Shown: one piece after another, positions 47,585 through 59,980 of the stretch | How positions within the stretch are numbered: position 1 is the first letter of the stretch | Layout: the number at the start of each line of letters is the position of its first letter | Source of the DNA: Vicugna vicugna | Lineage: Eukaryota | Assembly: GCA_013265495.1 (NCBI GenBank) | Contig: MU058844.1 | Span: 998,941 to 1,062,940 of the forward strand | Direction: 5' to 3' | DNA length: 64,000 nt | Program-made: the position numbers and the translations under genes | The notes under the pieces: generated by a model | Database searches by the model: none | Told to the model about the DNA's origin: nothing | Seen by the model: the letters and a program-made list of their open reading frames with translations, nothing else

Positions 47585-48481
47585 GGCAGTGTGTTCTGGG
47601 CTTCCATGGATCTGTCTCTTGCTTTAACAATGTTTGGACGGAACAGACCGAGGGACACCCCTTGCTCCAACCTCCAACCACCCTTCAACCTTTTTTCCAG
47701 CTGCATCCTTCAGAACCAGCCACTGTGCTATCTTCAGCCTCTGGGACCAGCCAACATCATTTTGTGAGCTTAACTCCTTATTACCGATCAACCATGAGCT
47801 CCCAGATTCGTTAGGATTATTCCAGTGAGGTTGAGGCCTCCATCAACCACCCGGTCAACATGCATCTGTGTGCCTCCTACACCTACCTCTCTCTGGGCTT
47901 CTATTTAGACTACAAGAATGTGGCTCTGGAGGGCGTTGGCCACTTTTCCCACGAATTGGCTGAGGAGAAGCTCGAGGGCGCTGAGCGTCTCTTGAAAATG
48001 CAAAACCAGCGTGGAGGCCACGCTCTTTTCCAAGACGTGCAGAAGCCATCTCAAGATGAGGGGGTAAAACCCAGGATGCTATGGAAGCTGCTATTGTCCT
48101 GAAGGAGAACCTGAACTAGGTCCTTTTGGATCTACATGCCCTGGGTTCTGCCCGCGCAGACCCACATCTCTGTGACTTCCTGGAGAACTGCTTCCTGGAT
48201 GAGGAGGTGAAACTCATCAAGAAGATGGGCGACCACCTGACTAACCTTTGCAGGCTGTCTGGTCCCCAGGCTGGGCTGGGCGAGTACCTCTTCGAAAGGC
48301 TCACCCTCAAGCACAACTAGGAGCCTCTGCAAGCCAGTGGCCTTTGCAGAGCCCCTCTGGTGTCTGCCTGAATCCTCTCTCTGCAGTCACTAGGCAGCTT
48401 TTTAACCATCCTGGAGCCCTCTCCCAAGCCTTGGACCAAATGGAAACAATACAGCTTTTTGTAACAGCCAAAAAAAAAAAA
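47585..48481 (+). pseudogene. FTL: Processed (retrotransposed) ferritin light chain pseudogene, full length with 5'UTR, CDS remnant 47794-48320, 3'UTR and poly(A)
   Basis: Intronless. ATG at 47794 gives MSSQIR, then TAG at 47812-14 (Gln codon). It continues ...[11 protein letters not shown]...[15 protein letters not shown]...KPSQDE, loses 1 bp at 48060/61 (the T of the Trp codon), has a second TAG at 48117-19, and ends DPHLCDFLE...[16 protein letters not shown]...[16 protein letters not shown] span is 527 nt versus 528 expected. Degenerate poly(A) signal AATACA near 48448, A-run 48470-81, TSD 47556-76 / 48477-97. Confidence 0.98.
47611..47647 (+). promoter_or_regulatory. Degenerate iron-responsive element (IRE) in the FTL pseudogene 5'UTR
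   Basis: TCTGTCTCTTG-C-TTTAA-CAATGT-TTGGA-CGGAACAGA versus the canonical FTL IRE TCTGTCTCTTG-C-TTCAA-CAGTGT-TTGGA-CGGAACAGA: two substitutions, at 47625 and 47630. Confidence 0.92.
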
Positions 48482-49639
48482 TTATAATAATAGTGATTGC
48501 TTACTGAGAACAAGGCACTCAGCCAACAGGTTATTTTGCATACAAACCACATTTGGGACATTTATACATTTTACCCCTTTATTTGTCTTCTCCAGGCCGA
48601 ATTTGGAACTATGGATCTGGAATGACAAGTTGATGCTTTCAGCCTGTTAGAGCTACCTCTCAGCTGATAGTTCACTTCTGGAAGATTCCTCCGTTTTAAT
48701 CTTCATAGCAGTAGCTTATGCAGTACTTTGAACTTTATTGCGCTTCTGCATTTATTTTAGAAAAGTACATGCAATGGAAAAATGAAAATATAAGAGTGCT
48801 GATTTTAATGATTAATAATTTAATCTCATAAATTTAATTCAACTTAGAAAAAGACTCCAGTGTCAAGCACTGTTCTAGACTCTAGGAATATACCAATGAA
48901 CACAGTAGATCTAAGTATCTGTCCTTGTGCAGCTCATATTCTAGTTGGTGAAAACAGACAATTAAAAAAAAGCTAACATATAGAATGCCTGTGTAGAATA
49001 TAGACAGTGTTAGGTGCTATGGAGAAAAAGGGGTTGGCATGTGAAGTTGAAGGTGCTTGTTAGAAAAGAAGTTGGTGTGGGAGAGGGCTGGGCTGAAGGT
49101 GTAAATTTGTAAATTGTAGAAGAATAAGTATTATACACAGGTCCAAGGGGTTACCTATAGAATATGATGCTTTTAAAAATGATTAAGATTACATTTCCCC
49201 TTAAACAGTGAAAGCACAGAAATGAAAATAATTAAAATAAAAGGGAAGAATGCCACAAACAGTTAAAAGAAAAAAAAAAAAGTTGCCGTCAACTGGTATA
49301 CTGGGAATTACAAAGATGCAATGAACATGATCAGTGGAACGTGGTATAGTAAAATGTGATCAGAATGCTTCCTTAAGAAATCAAGGAATGCTTCAAAAAG
49401 AGGATGGAATTGTTTAGTCAGTCTTAAGGGGAAGATAGAAATGTTGACAGGAAGAAATGAGTAAACAAATACAATCCAAGCGAAATGTGATTGTTAGTGA
49501 AAGCACTAAGAAATTAGACTATAGTTGGCGAGTAATAAGAAGTAAGAACATTTTTGCCAGATCCTTGTCTCTAAAGGACTTTAAATACCACGTGAAGAGA
49601 AGTATTCAGCAGGCCCTGTGGCACCATTTACTAAACTTT

Positions 49640-50610
49640 TTCTTAAATAGTTGTGTACATACATACTGAAAAATGCGCAAGTCCTAGGTGTAGAGCCCAA
49701 AGAAATTGGACCATGTGAAAAAACCGTGTAACCACCGCTTCAATTAAAAAAATCAGCAGCACCCTAGAAGCCTCATTATTCCATCCCTACACACAAAGGA
49801 AACCACTATGGTGACTTCCAGCATCATAGATTCATTGTGCCTGATGTGAACTTTATGAAAATGGGCTCATACAGTATTACTCTTTTGTATCTAGCTTTTT
49901 TCAATCATTGTGTGTGTGAAGTTTATATATATTGTTGCTAGTAGCAGTTAATTTTTACTTTTCATTTCTGTAAATACTACAGTTTATTTCTCGAATCTAC
50001 TATTGATGAGCATATGGGCTGTTTTCAAGTTTGGGCTGTATAATTATGCTGCTATGGACATTCCTGTGCATGTCTTTTGGTGAACACATGCATTTCTGTT
50101 GGGCATTTGCTTGAGGTAATATAAATGAATGCTCAGCATTTGTAAGTAGTGCCAGTTTTCCAAAATGGTTATACCAAACATCACTAAACCACTACTAGAG
50201 TGCATGAGAATTATAGTTTCTTCACATTCTTGCCAACACTTGGAATTGTCAGGCTTTATAAGTTTTAAGCTATTCTGGCGTGCACAGTGGTAAGTTGTTA
50301 ATGATTTTTGTTTGCATTTTCCTGATGACTAATAGCATTTAGCACCCTTTCATGTGTTTAATTATATTTGAATATTTAACCTGTACAGTGTTTATTCAAG
50401 TCTTCTGCCCATTGTTAATGGGTCATCTGTCTTTTTCATACAGATTTATAGGCATACTGTGTATATTCTAGATACAAGTACTTTCCCAGCTATATACCTT
50501 GAAAATATCTTCTTCAAATCTCAGTGCATTTTCAGTCTCTCAGTAGTGTCCTTTAATAAACACACTTTCTTAGTTTAATGAAGTCTCAATTATTAATTTT
50601 CTGTAAGTTT
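49640..50610 (-). mobile_element. Old L1M 3' region
   Basis: Antisense L1 motifs on +: GATGAGCATATGGGCTGTTTTCAAGTTTGGG, TTCTTGCCAACACTTGG, TGCATTTTCCTGATGACTAAT. Confidence 0.8.
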
Positions 50611-50699
50611 TATGTTTAATGATAAAAAATAAATAGGGTACCTACTTCCCTACATACATTACTTATTACATATGTACATACATAAATACATACACACAG

Positions 50700-50790
50700 C
50701 CCCCTCACAGACACATCCAGAATAATGTTCAACCAAATACCTGGGCTCCTTGTGGCCCAGTCAACTTGACTCGTAAAATTAACCATCACA
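50700..50790 (-). mobile_element. ERVL LTR (MLT2) 5' terminal fragment
   Basis: Minus strand TGTGATGGTTAATTTTACGAGTCAAGTTGACTGGGCCACAAGGAGCCCAGGTATTTGGTTGAACATTATTCTGGATGTGTCTGTGAGGG. Confidence 0.85.
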
Positions 50791-51720
50791 ACTGTATTAC
50801 AATTAGAAATCTTATTTTTCATCCTGAAATTAATACATGCAGTTATGGAATTTTGGAGAACTGATAAAAAAGAATCTCCCAACTCAGTCCCTAGCACAAT
50901 ACCTGGCACTTAGCAAATTCTCCAAGTATATGCTCAATGAGTGATGAATGAATATACTTAGAAAAAAAACTTTGTTACTGTATTCGTTTTAGTGCTTTTT
51001 TTTCCCGAATATCTTTTTTTGTTTCGTACAATTTGATAATACTATAGCTATTTTTAAGTTTTCTTTTGTTTGGGCTTTTTGATTTTCAAAGTATTGAACT
51101 ATTTCTTTCTACTAAACAAGTGTGAAGGATTATCATTTGACATATTCTCATCCTCTGAGTAACATGATGTGAAGACAAAGCATGTGCTTCATCAACCCCT
51201 CTTGCACCAAAGTCTCTTTATGATAAATATAAAATATTCCTGGATGTATGTGTATTTTTTTTCTAATGGAAAGTAGCTGACACACATGTGATCAAGCACA
51301 TTTTTTTGAATTTCTATAATTATTGGGAAAAGTTAGGAATTATCTGTGAATGTGAATTATCTGGAAAGAATAATCTGGGGGGAAGAAACATCTATTTTGA
51401 TTTATTGACTTTGGCTTCAGTTTCATAGGATTTAGGCTTCCTATGATTGGGTCTAAATAAGGAGAATCATATGAAAAAATGAAAGATCAGAAAGCAAGAC
51501 TCAGTTCTTGTTTGGACAGGGGACCAAAGCCACAGTGTCTCAGGCAGAAGAGCAATTCATTAATTACCAGTGGAAAGAAAAGTTGAATCTAGGACACAGT
51601 GTTTTTCTTGAAGAGATGAGAAAGGCTTGGCAGTTGGAATAGCAGAACTGAAAACAAAAATGTGCATTAAGATATTTATTTTGTTACCAATACTTTGGAT
51701 TAATAAGACATTTCATTTTT

Positions 51721-52180
51721 CTTTTTTATCGAAGTATAGTTAATTTACAATGTTGTGTTAGTTTCTGGTGTAGAGTGTAGTGATTCATGTGTATCTTATA
51801 CATATATGTTCTTTTTCATATTGTTTTTCATTATGGTTTATTATAGGATATTGAATATAGTTCTTTGTCCTATACAGTTGGACCTTGTTGTTTATCTGTT
51901 TTAGCTATAGTAGTTTGAATCTGCTAATCCTAAACTCCTAATTTATCTCTCTCCCCTTCTTTTCCCTTTGTTAACCATAAATTTATCTTCTTTGCCTCTG
52001 TTACAGTTTTGTAAATAAGTTCATTTGTATAATATTTTAGATTCCATATATAAGTGATAGCATGTGATATTTATCTATCCCTGTCTAACTTAATTCACTT
52101 AGTATGGTAATCTCTAGGTCTGTCCATGTTGTTGCAAATGGCATTATTTCATTCTTTTTTATGGCTGAGTAGTATTCCTC

Positions 52181-52235
<55 letters not shown>

Positions 52236-52318
52236 ACTACATCTTCTTTATCCAGTCATCTGTTGATGGACATTTAGGTTGCTTCCACATCTTGGCTATT
52301 GTAAATAGTGCTGCTATG
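51721..52318 (-). mobile_element. 5'-truncated L1 3' end with TSD
   Basis: TTTATCGAAGTATAGTTAATTTACAATGTTGTGTTAGTTTCTGGTG...GGCTATTGTAAATAGTGCTGCTATG. Flanks CATTTCAT(T/C)TTT at 51709-20 and 52319-30. Confidence 0.92.
52182..52233. repeat. (GT)26 microsatellite inside the L1
   Basis: Uninterrupted GT dinucleotide run. Confidence 0.97.
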
Positions 52319-52523
52319 CATTTCATCTTTTTTTGCTGTATTTTCCCTACTGTAAAATGAAGAAGACATTTATGGGATTTCATTTTGACAGTTTAATTCT
52401 AAAATCATAATTTTAAAACGTATAAATTATGAAAATCATTTCACTCAAAATATGAATTGGACAGCTTTCATATGCACAGTACTATATTTATTCTTGTAAA
52501 ATGCCCATAAAGTGTAACCATCC

Positions 52524-52888
52524 TGCTGTGGTCTGAATGTTTGTGTCCCCCCAAATTCATATGTTGACATTCTAACCCCCAAAGTTATGGTGTTTGCAGG
52601 TGGGGGCCTGGGAGATAGTTAGGTTATGATGGTGGAACTCTCATATATGGGATTAGTGCCCTTATAAAAGAGGTTCCCAGAGATCCCTGGCCCCTTTCCA
52701 CCTTGTGAGGACATGATGACATGTCTTCAGTCTGCAACCTGGAAGAAGACCTTCACCAAAACCTGGCCATGCTGGTTCCCTTATCTTGGGCTTCTAGCTT
52801 CCAGAGCTGTGAGAAAAAATTTCCATTTTTTAATAGGCCACCTAGTCTGTGGTAGTTTGTTATATAGCAGCTTGAATGGACTAAGATA
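52524..52888 (+). mobile_element. MaLR solo LTR (MLT1A0-like)
   Basis: TGCTGTGGTCTGAATGTTTGTGTCCCCCCAAATTCATATGTTG...GAATGGACTAAGATA. Flanks CATCC / CCTCC. Confidence 0.9.
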
Positions 52889-55800
52889 CCTCCCTGTCTT
52901 TGTGGCACCTCAAACAGGGCTCTGCATACAGCAGGTGTTTAATAAATGTTAAGTGAGGATCTCTACCCATACAAAGTTTATATCTATTTGGGGAAAATAA
53001 AAGACGTAGCTACAGATTCAACAGTTGTGTGGCAGTCCTGCACCCATGTGATACACAGTAGACCTTGAGCAAGCACCAGATGAGTGTCCAGGTGGAGAGA
53101 GCCTGTGGGCAAAGATGGCTCAGGAGGCTTTGTGGGTTTAACAGGGAACTATGATTCAGACAGGTGAGAAGAGGAGAAGGGTGCTGCAGATGGGGCAAGC
53201 AGCCACTGGCAATCACACAATTTGCGGGAGTGGAGCATCCACCTGCAGCAAGGAGCTTGTTTAGAGTAGTGGGAAGTGCAGCTGCAAAGAGTCTGGACTG
53301 TCTACCTTGGCCCTGGGGTATGGAATGGGGACTTTGTTCTTTATTCTGTAAAAAGTGGCTGTCTTTGTTTTTGAGCAGAGGAGTGATGAGATTAAACTAG
53401 CTTTTTTCTTGCTCTACCAGGTGTCAACAAAAGAAGCAAATGGGACAGGACCCCAGTTGGAATCAGGATGTTCTTAAGAGATTTTTAGCAGAGACTAGGT
53501 ATGAGATGATGAGGGTCTGATTTTGGGAAATGGAAACAGGAAGGGGACAGATGATTTAAAGGCTATGTTAGTGAATGAACTAAGAGAGAGAACTAACGGA
53601 GCTTGGTGACTGGGGAAGGTGAAGTGGGGAAAGGAAGAATGGAGAACAGTTACATTTGAAGCTCTGGTGGCTGGAAGGATACAGTTAACCTTTGACAGAG
53701 TGAAATAGCAGAATAAAGAAAGGGAAGCCAGACAAAAGGGAAAATCAATTATTTTAATTTTACACTAATATATCATTATTAATGGTACAACATCAAATTC
53801 AGTATTTATATAATGTCTTGTAGTTTACCAGGCACTTTTCCAGGGATGACATGTCATTTGTGATGATGCAGTAGCCCACTAGAAATCCACAGGTGGTTAG
53901 AGAGAGATACACACGTACAGTTCCAATGAGAGGAAAAGGCTGGGAAATAGCTTAGAAGGTCCTCCACGTGGAAGTATGCAGAGCAAACGGCACAGAATGA
54001 CCCATTTTAATCTGTTTAGTTCTCATTTTTGTTAGTTTGAAGCAGCATGTCTGTGATTGATTACATCTTTAATGTTCACTTCTTTTCTGCAATAGCTAGT
54101 ATTTTAAAATCATCAGCCAGCATTTTGAAATAATTCTTTCAAATAATGTGTGTATCCCATCTTAGCATTCATTCTCTTAAAAAAGTTACATATATATATT
54201 TATATATCTATATATAAACTTTTATATATATGTGTGTGTGTGTATATATGTATGTATACATACATACATATACACATTTCCATTTGCAGATTCAACAGTA
54301 TACTGGAACAAACCAAAACAGGATCTGCTGTTGCATGTTTTTATCAGCTAGTGCTTGGGAGAGTGATTGGCAAACTGAATTGCAATGGTATTATTAAAAT
54401 TCATGAACCACAGAATTACCGACGTGTGATATTCAAAAATGCAGTGGGTGCTAAGTATCTTTGACACGTTCCCTAAAGCTTTAACCATCTTGGGAAAAAA
54501 TGTTAGAAGTCTGTCAGGAACATATTGGATTTTCCTAAAGCATATGGTGATGAAATAGAGTATCATTTTACGAGAAAATATTGTCACACTGGCTTTCTGG
54601 CTCAACATGTCATAGTCATTTTCTATTGCTATTTTGTAGTTGCCTTTCTTCTGTGCCCTTTCTTTTTAGGATGAATTTCGTTCCTGGTCTTGGAAGAATG
54701 TCATTGTTTCGCCCCCTCTCTCTTTCCTTTGGCCATTCCTTTGTTTTCATTCTTCCTTCCAGAACCTTTTGTCCTCCACAATGAAATCTTTATACTGTGT
54801 TTCAAGACTGGGAGTTGTGTACTTTGATCAAGTTTTTGTTTTCATTACACTGAGAAAGTTTTCATCTTCCAGCCCTTTCTCTTCTCCATGGTTTATGTGA
54901 TGCTGTTTCATCCTTTTTCTGAAGTAGTTGCTTTCATCCCAAACCTGGCTGGGTTGCAGGAATGGAAGTGGTTATTTTCTAGCTTGCATTTAAAAAAAAT
55001 CCATTTTTATTTGAAGAGAATGATAGACAGAAAAAAAGCCACTGGGCCCTTTTACCACATTCTCTGTTTGGTCTCCTTGGGCTCTTTATAAGCATTGAAA
55101 ATGTTCCCACAGTTGGTCTAGCTCGTAACACCCAGTTGGTTGCAGGCAGTGTTGTGGGTTGGCATCCTCTGGGGTGGCTGGTTGGTAAGCTCAATTTCCA
55201 AGTTCCTGGAATTGTCGTATTAATCTGTCTTCTAAGGCAACTAAGGAGCAATGCAGTCTTCCCCAAAGGCTTTTATTGTTTTAGAGTTTTAGAGGCCACG
55301 TGGGTGTTTCTCGTTCGCTGTGAATTTCAAATTCTTTGCTATGTTCTGTCAGTAATTAAGACCTGGTGAGCTTGGATAATTGTTCTTCAACACAGCTCCC
55401 TGCTTGAGGCAGCTGTGATGCAAGTGACAATCCCCTCTCTCTCCCCTAGTGAGGACAATAGAAGCTTCCCCTCAGATGCATTTGAGACACAGCAAATTTT
55501 AAATTTCATACCAGAAAATGAACTGGGAAGACATGGCTGAAAGCTGGACCAAAGCAAAAGTCGGGCAGCTGTTTATCTGTAGCTCACATCACCTGGACTA
55601 CATCCCAGTCGTTGAAATTCATCCTGGAGCCAATTCAGTCAGCTGTAGTGCTAGGAGAGACTTATCTTTGACTTGAAGCAAGATAGAGACACGAAGTTAC
55701 AGTCTCTTCAGGGCAGTTAGAAACAGTGTGGCAGACGACCTTTCACTGCAAGCCAATTAATTTCCAGAGGAGTGATTTCAATATAAACCATTTAAACAAG

Positions 55801-56214
55801 TACCACTTAAAAAGCTTTAAACATTAAAAAAAAATTAAGTGATTCTCCAGCTTCCCTGCTTTCTGAATTCAGTCCATTCTCCATGACATTAACAAATTTA
55901 TCTTTACTTTGTGGTTTATCCATTTGAGACCAGGATCACTCTAAAAGTACTTTGATTGGCCCATAAATGTCATTGAAATATCTAAAATATAATACTGTTG
56001 ATGCAAAAATTATTTACTTTCATAAAGTTAATTTTATAGTTAAATTCCACCAAATCCTTTTATTTCTCTGTCTTAGAGCCACTTTATTACCTTAGTTATA
56101 CTTTCCTGCTGATTCCTCCTTCTAAAATGTTCTTACCCTCCATTTCTCACCTATTGAAACCCTTCTTATTGACTAAAGTTCAACTCAAATGCCACTTCTT
56201 CTGGAAGATTGCTT

Positions 56215-56420
56215 TCCACAAATATTTATTGAATTCTTTCTCTGGACCAGGTAGTGTTCTAAGTGCTGGGGACACATCAGTGAATAAGGATAAAGTTCCT
56301 GATCACATGCAGTTTACATTCTGGCAGTTGGAGATAGCCATTGATAAATAACCAAAGAAGTAGATCTGTAACATATCAGGTGAATAGAGGAGGAAAGGTA
56401 ATAGGTAAAATAAAGGAGGG
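56215..56420 (-). mobile_element. L2 LINE 3' region
   Basis: ACAAATATTTATTGAA...CCAGGTAGTGTTCTAAGTGCTGGGGACACATCAGTGAATAAG. Confidence 0.78.
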
Positions 56421-59366
56421 GAAGGGGCTAGAAAGTGATGGAGGAAAGATCGGTGAGAGAATACAATTACTCTTCCTTTCATACTCCTGTAGAATTTAAT
56501 AATACTTATGTTACATACTTTTTTATACATGAGAAAATGACAAGAATGTTTTAGTTATTGTAAGCTGTTAGCAGACAGGAAGTTATTTAGCTTTGTATTC
56601 ACCAATGCCTTGTATACACAGGCACCTAATCAGTGTGCAGTGTATATGAAATTGGTGGCACACAGGAAGCTGCCAGCTTATCTGTAACATTCAAGAGATG
56701 GAGAAAGTGTGTCAATCTACTGGGGAGCGAGAAGTGACAATGAAGTCAAAAGTCCTTTTTCTAAGGCTGAAACTGTTCAGTGGTGGAGGTCAGAGAAGTC
56801 CAAGGAGGCAAGCATACAGCTGAGAATGTGCTAGGAAGGAGGAAGGGGAGAGGCAGGTTGCTGCATCAGGGGGACCACAAGAATCATGGGTGATGCTAAA
56901 CTAGTGCAGGTCCCTCCTGATTAGTGAGCCTAAGGACCCCCAATGACTGAGATTTTGAATAACATACTGAATTTCAGCTTCCATATGATACCCCTTTAAT
57001 ATAACGCATTAATTAGCTTATCTACCATTTAATACTAAATGCTATTTCTCATTATCTTTTTTGGATAGCCTTTTGGTAAGAGTGCTAGCAAGACCAAACC
57101 TGGTTCATATTCTAGCCATTTCCAGAAGTGTTAGAGTGGGATAAAAAGTGAGTGGGTAGTAGGCCAACCACAGAAATATGCTGTGTAGCTAATAATTAAA
57201 AAATTCTACTAGAGTTCAGTATCATAGATCCTAGGAATATATTTTTTAAGCCAACAGGACATATGTAGGAATTACAGTCTACCATGCCCTATTCTAAACG
57301 TTTTACCTATCGAATGATGTCTTGCCTTTGTAGTGCACTTTTCAGTGTTCAGATAATTCCATCTCTCTACTTGATCTCTACAGAAACCTTGGAATGTAGT
57401 ATTCACACTGTCTGGCCTTCAAATATGTGAGGGGTGCGATCATTGTCAGTGAGCTGAGCAGAACGCCCACATTCAGGGGGCTGTGGACTCCTAGCTCCGT
57501 TGTTCATGTCTTATATTGAGCAAATTCATGAATCATAGATTTGAAATGGGGGCTGGATATTGGCCATGGTATTATGTTACTTTATACTTTCAAGGCCAGA
57601 CTCTTCCAGTATATCAGCTGTCCAGTTAAATAGTGGGGTGGTGGTGATTCATTTTGAAGCTATGTTCAGAGAAGTTTTTAAACTTGCAGTGATCCTGTCT
57701 TCCTCTAGAAGCCTCTCAGTTTTTCAGATTGTCAAACAGTTATGCTAGAGAATGGCCATCTATTTGTGGAACTTAAAAAAAAGTCAGAAAAATTTTTATA
57801 TCTTTAAGGAGGCAATTAGTGTCTCTTTTGTCTTGGTGTCAATGTAGTTTTGTAGTTTTTAGTACCTTTAAATACGGAAGGGAAAGAAATCTAAAATCTA
57901 AAATAAAGTATATGTTGAGTAAGTAAATAGGGCCTTAATTTTAAAATACGTATCTATTATTAGTGATCTGAGAATGCTTTCAAAATGACTCAAAGCCGTT
58001 TTCTTTATTTCTCTCTGTCTTATGAGGTATAAATGAGGCATAAGAAACCAAAATGACTTACCCAGGTTTTACTGAGTTGGTCATAAAATTCTGGACGTAG
58101 AGGACTGAGGCTGGGAAAAAACACACTTTTCTCTGGTTTCTTTACTTTATGTGAATTCTCTACTGGTTCATAAAGTTGGTAGCATAGCCTTAAGAAATGT
58201 CTTACTCATGAAATGGGGTATTGATTCCATGGTTTATCCTTTTTCTCTTTCTTACTCGGATATCCTTTCAGTTCCTCAGTAGGGAAGGGAAGAAACAAAC
58301 TACTGGAACTAAATACTGAAATGATGGATAAAAACAAAGACAAGAAACTAAGGAAGCTGAAGTATACTAGCCCCTGAATTAGGTTTGATTATCATAGTAA
58401 GATTTATTTTCATAAGAAAATGTTGCCTTGTTTTCTGAAAACTACCATATATAGAAGTTATATATCATTAAGATAAACAATCTTTTTTTTCCCAAAGGAA
58501 GATGACTTCTGGGCTTTAGGTAGGTAGAATCACAAACTCAAGTAACCTACGTAGACCGAGTCATAGGAGAGAGTGAAGCGAACTGAGTGTGAGAGAGAAT
58601 GAGATCTGCCTGGAGTGTGGGGGCCTTTGAGGCACAGGCCCCACCCAAAGATGGTCTGGCTCTGCTGCTGTAGGTCATGACTTCCAAGTGCGAATGTGGG
58701 CCCTGGGCAGCTGAATTTCCCAATTTTTCAAGCTGGGTATCTAGATTTTTATGTGAAAGTCCCTGATTAAAAATTGATATCCAGTTCAGCAGATGGTATC
58801 TGACACCAGAACACACGTGTTCTGGCCTCCGCTTGGGAAGGACCAGGGTTTTACTTCTAAGATAGAGAGTGCCTTTGCATTTTTTTTATTGTTTACTTTT
58901 ATTTCAAAGCCAGAAACAACAGCAATGAAACCATGAGAACACAGAAACAGCTACTGAGGTGTATAATTCTTCCAAAGCAGTTGTCTGTCCTCCAAGGCTC
59001 AAAGGAATGCTATTTTAGAGGAGAATCATAAGAAAGCGCTTGATATTCCAGATGAACAGTGATCACAATGTTTGAGAAGTATACTAGGCAAGCAAGTGGA
59101 AATGAGTAAATTTCTGCTAATCTTTCAAGGCCATTCTTAAACCCCACTTACTCTATGACCCATTTGCTTTAAAACCAAATGTAACCTCTATGCTGTGATT
59201 TTTTTTTTTTACATCACAAGTGATGCTTAACAATAGGTTTAACAAGAGGATTGTCATGGCTAATGGCCAATCAGAACACATACAGCCTTTAAGAAACCAG
59301 TACAGATAATTGATGCACATCAACCAAATACAAACCCTGTCTGTATCATACTTGAATATCCTAGAA

Positions 59367-59526
59367 CTTTGTTACACAAAGGAAAGACCTCAGACCAGTA
59401 GCATCAGCATCACCTGGGTACTTACGAGAAATGCAGAATCTCAGGCCCCACCCTCGACTTACTGAATCTAAATTTTAACAGGATCTCAAAGTTGTTGCTA
59501 TGCACAACAGTGTTTGAGAAGCACTG
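59367..59526. mobile_element. MER5A1-like hAT element
   Basis: GCATCAGCATCACCTGGG...AGAAATGCAGAATCTCAGGCCCCACCC...TTTGAGAAGCACTG. Confidence 0.85.
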
Positions 59527-59744
59527 TCTTGGAACACTTTATAGCTCTCTTTGTCATCTACCTTATCTTGCTTTGTATTAAAGTTCTTTGTCAGTACTAG
59601 TAGACTATTTACTTATTGAAGGTAAAGTCTACATTAAAAAAAAATTACTACTGTCCTTAGCATCTTGACCACAGTAAGGACTGAAGAAATTGTATTGAAT
59701 TGAATTAAAATGGTAAAGAAAAAGTAATAGCAATATTTATAGTC

Positions 59745-59980
59745 AGAGTAGCTCACATTTATTGGATGCTTTCTATGTGCCTGATATGAGGTAAACTATT
59801 TTACAAATTGTATTTAACTTAGTCCTTACAACTAAGTAGAAGATAGAAACCATTATTATATTTATGTTACAGATGAGGGTACAGAAGATTCAAAAGGGTG
59901 AGTAACTTGTGCCAGAACATGAAGGGGCTGAGAGGGGACAGCTTTGGCTGAATCCAAGCCCGAACCTGCACTGTTGGCAT
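59745..59980 (-). mobile_element. MIR SINE
   Basis: GCTCACATTTATTGGATGCTTTCTATGTGCC...TTACAGATGAGGGTACAGA...GTGAGTAACTTG. Confidence 0.75.

Noticed and set aside
47860..48320. FTL-like ORFs 47860-48102 and 48126-48320 as a functional ferritin gene
   Set aside because: They are fragments between nonsense codons and a frameshift in an intronless, poly(A)-tailed retrocopy.
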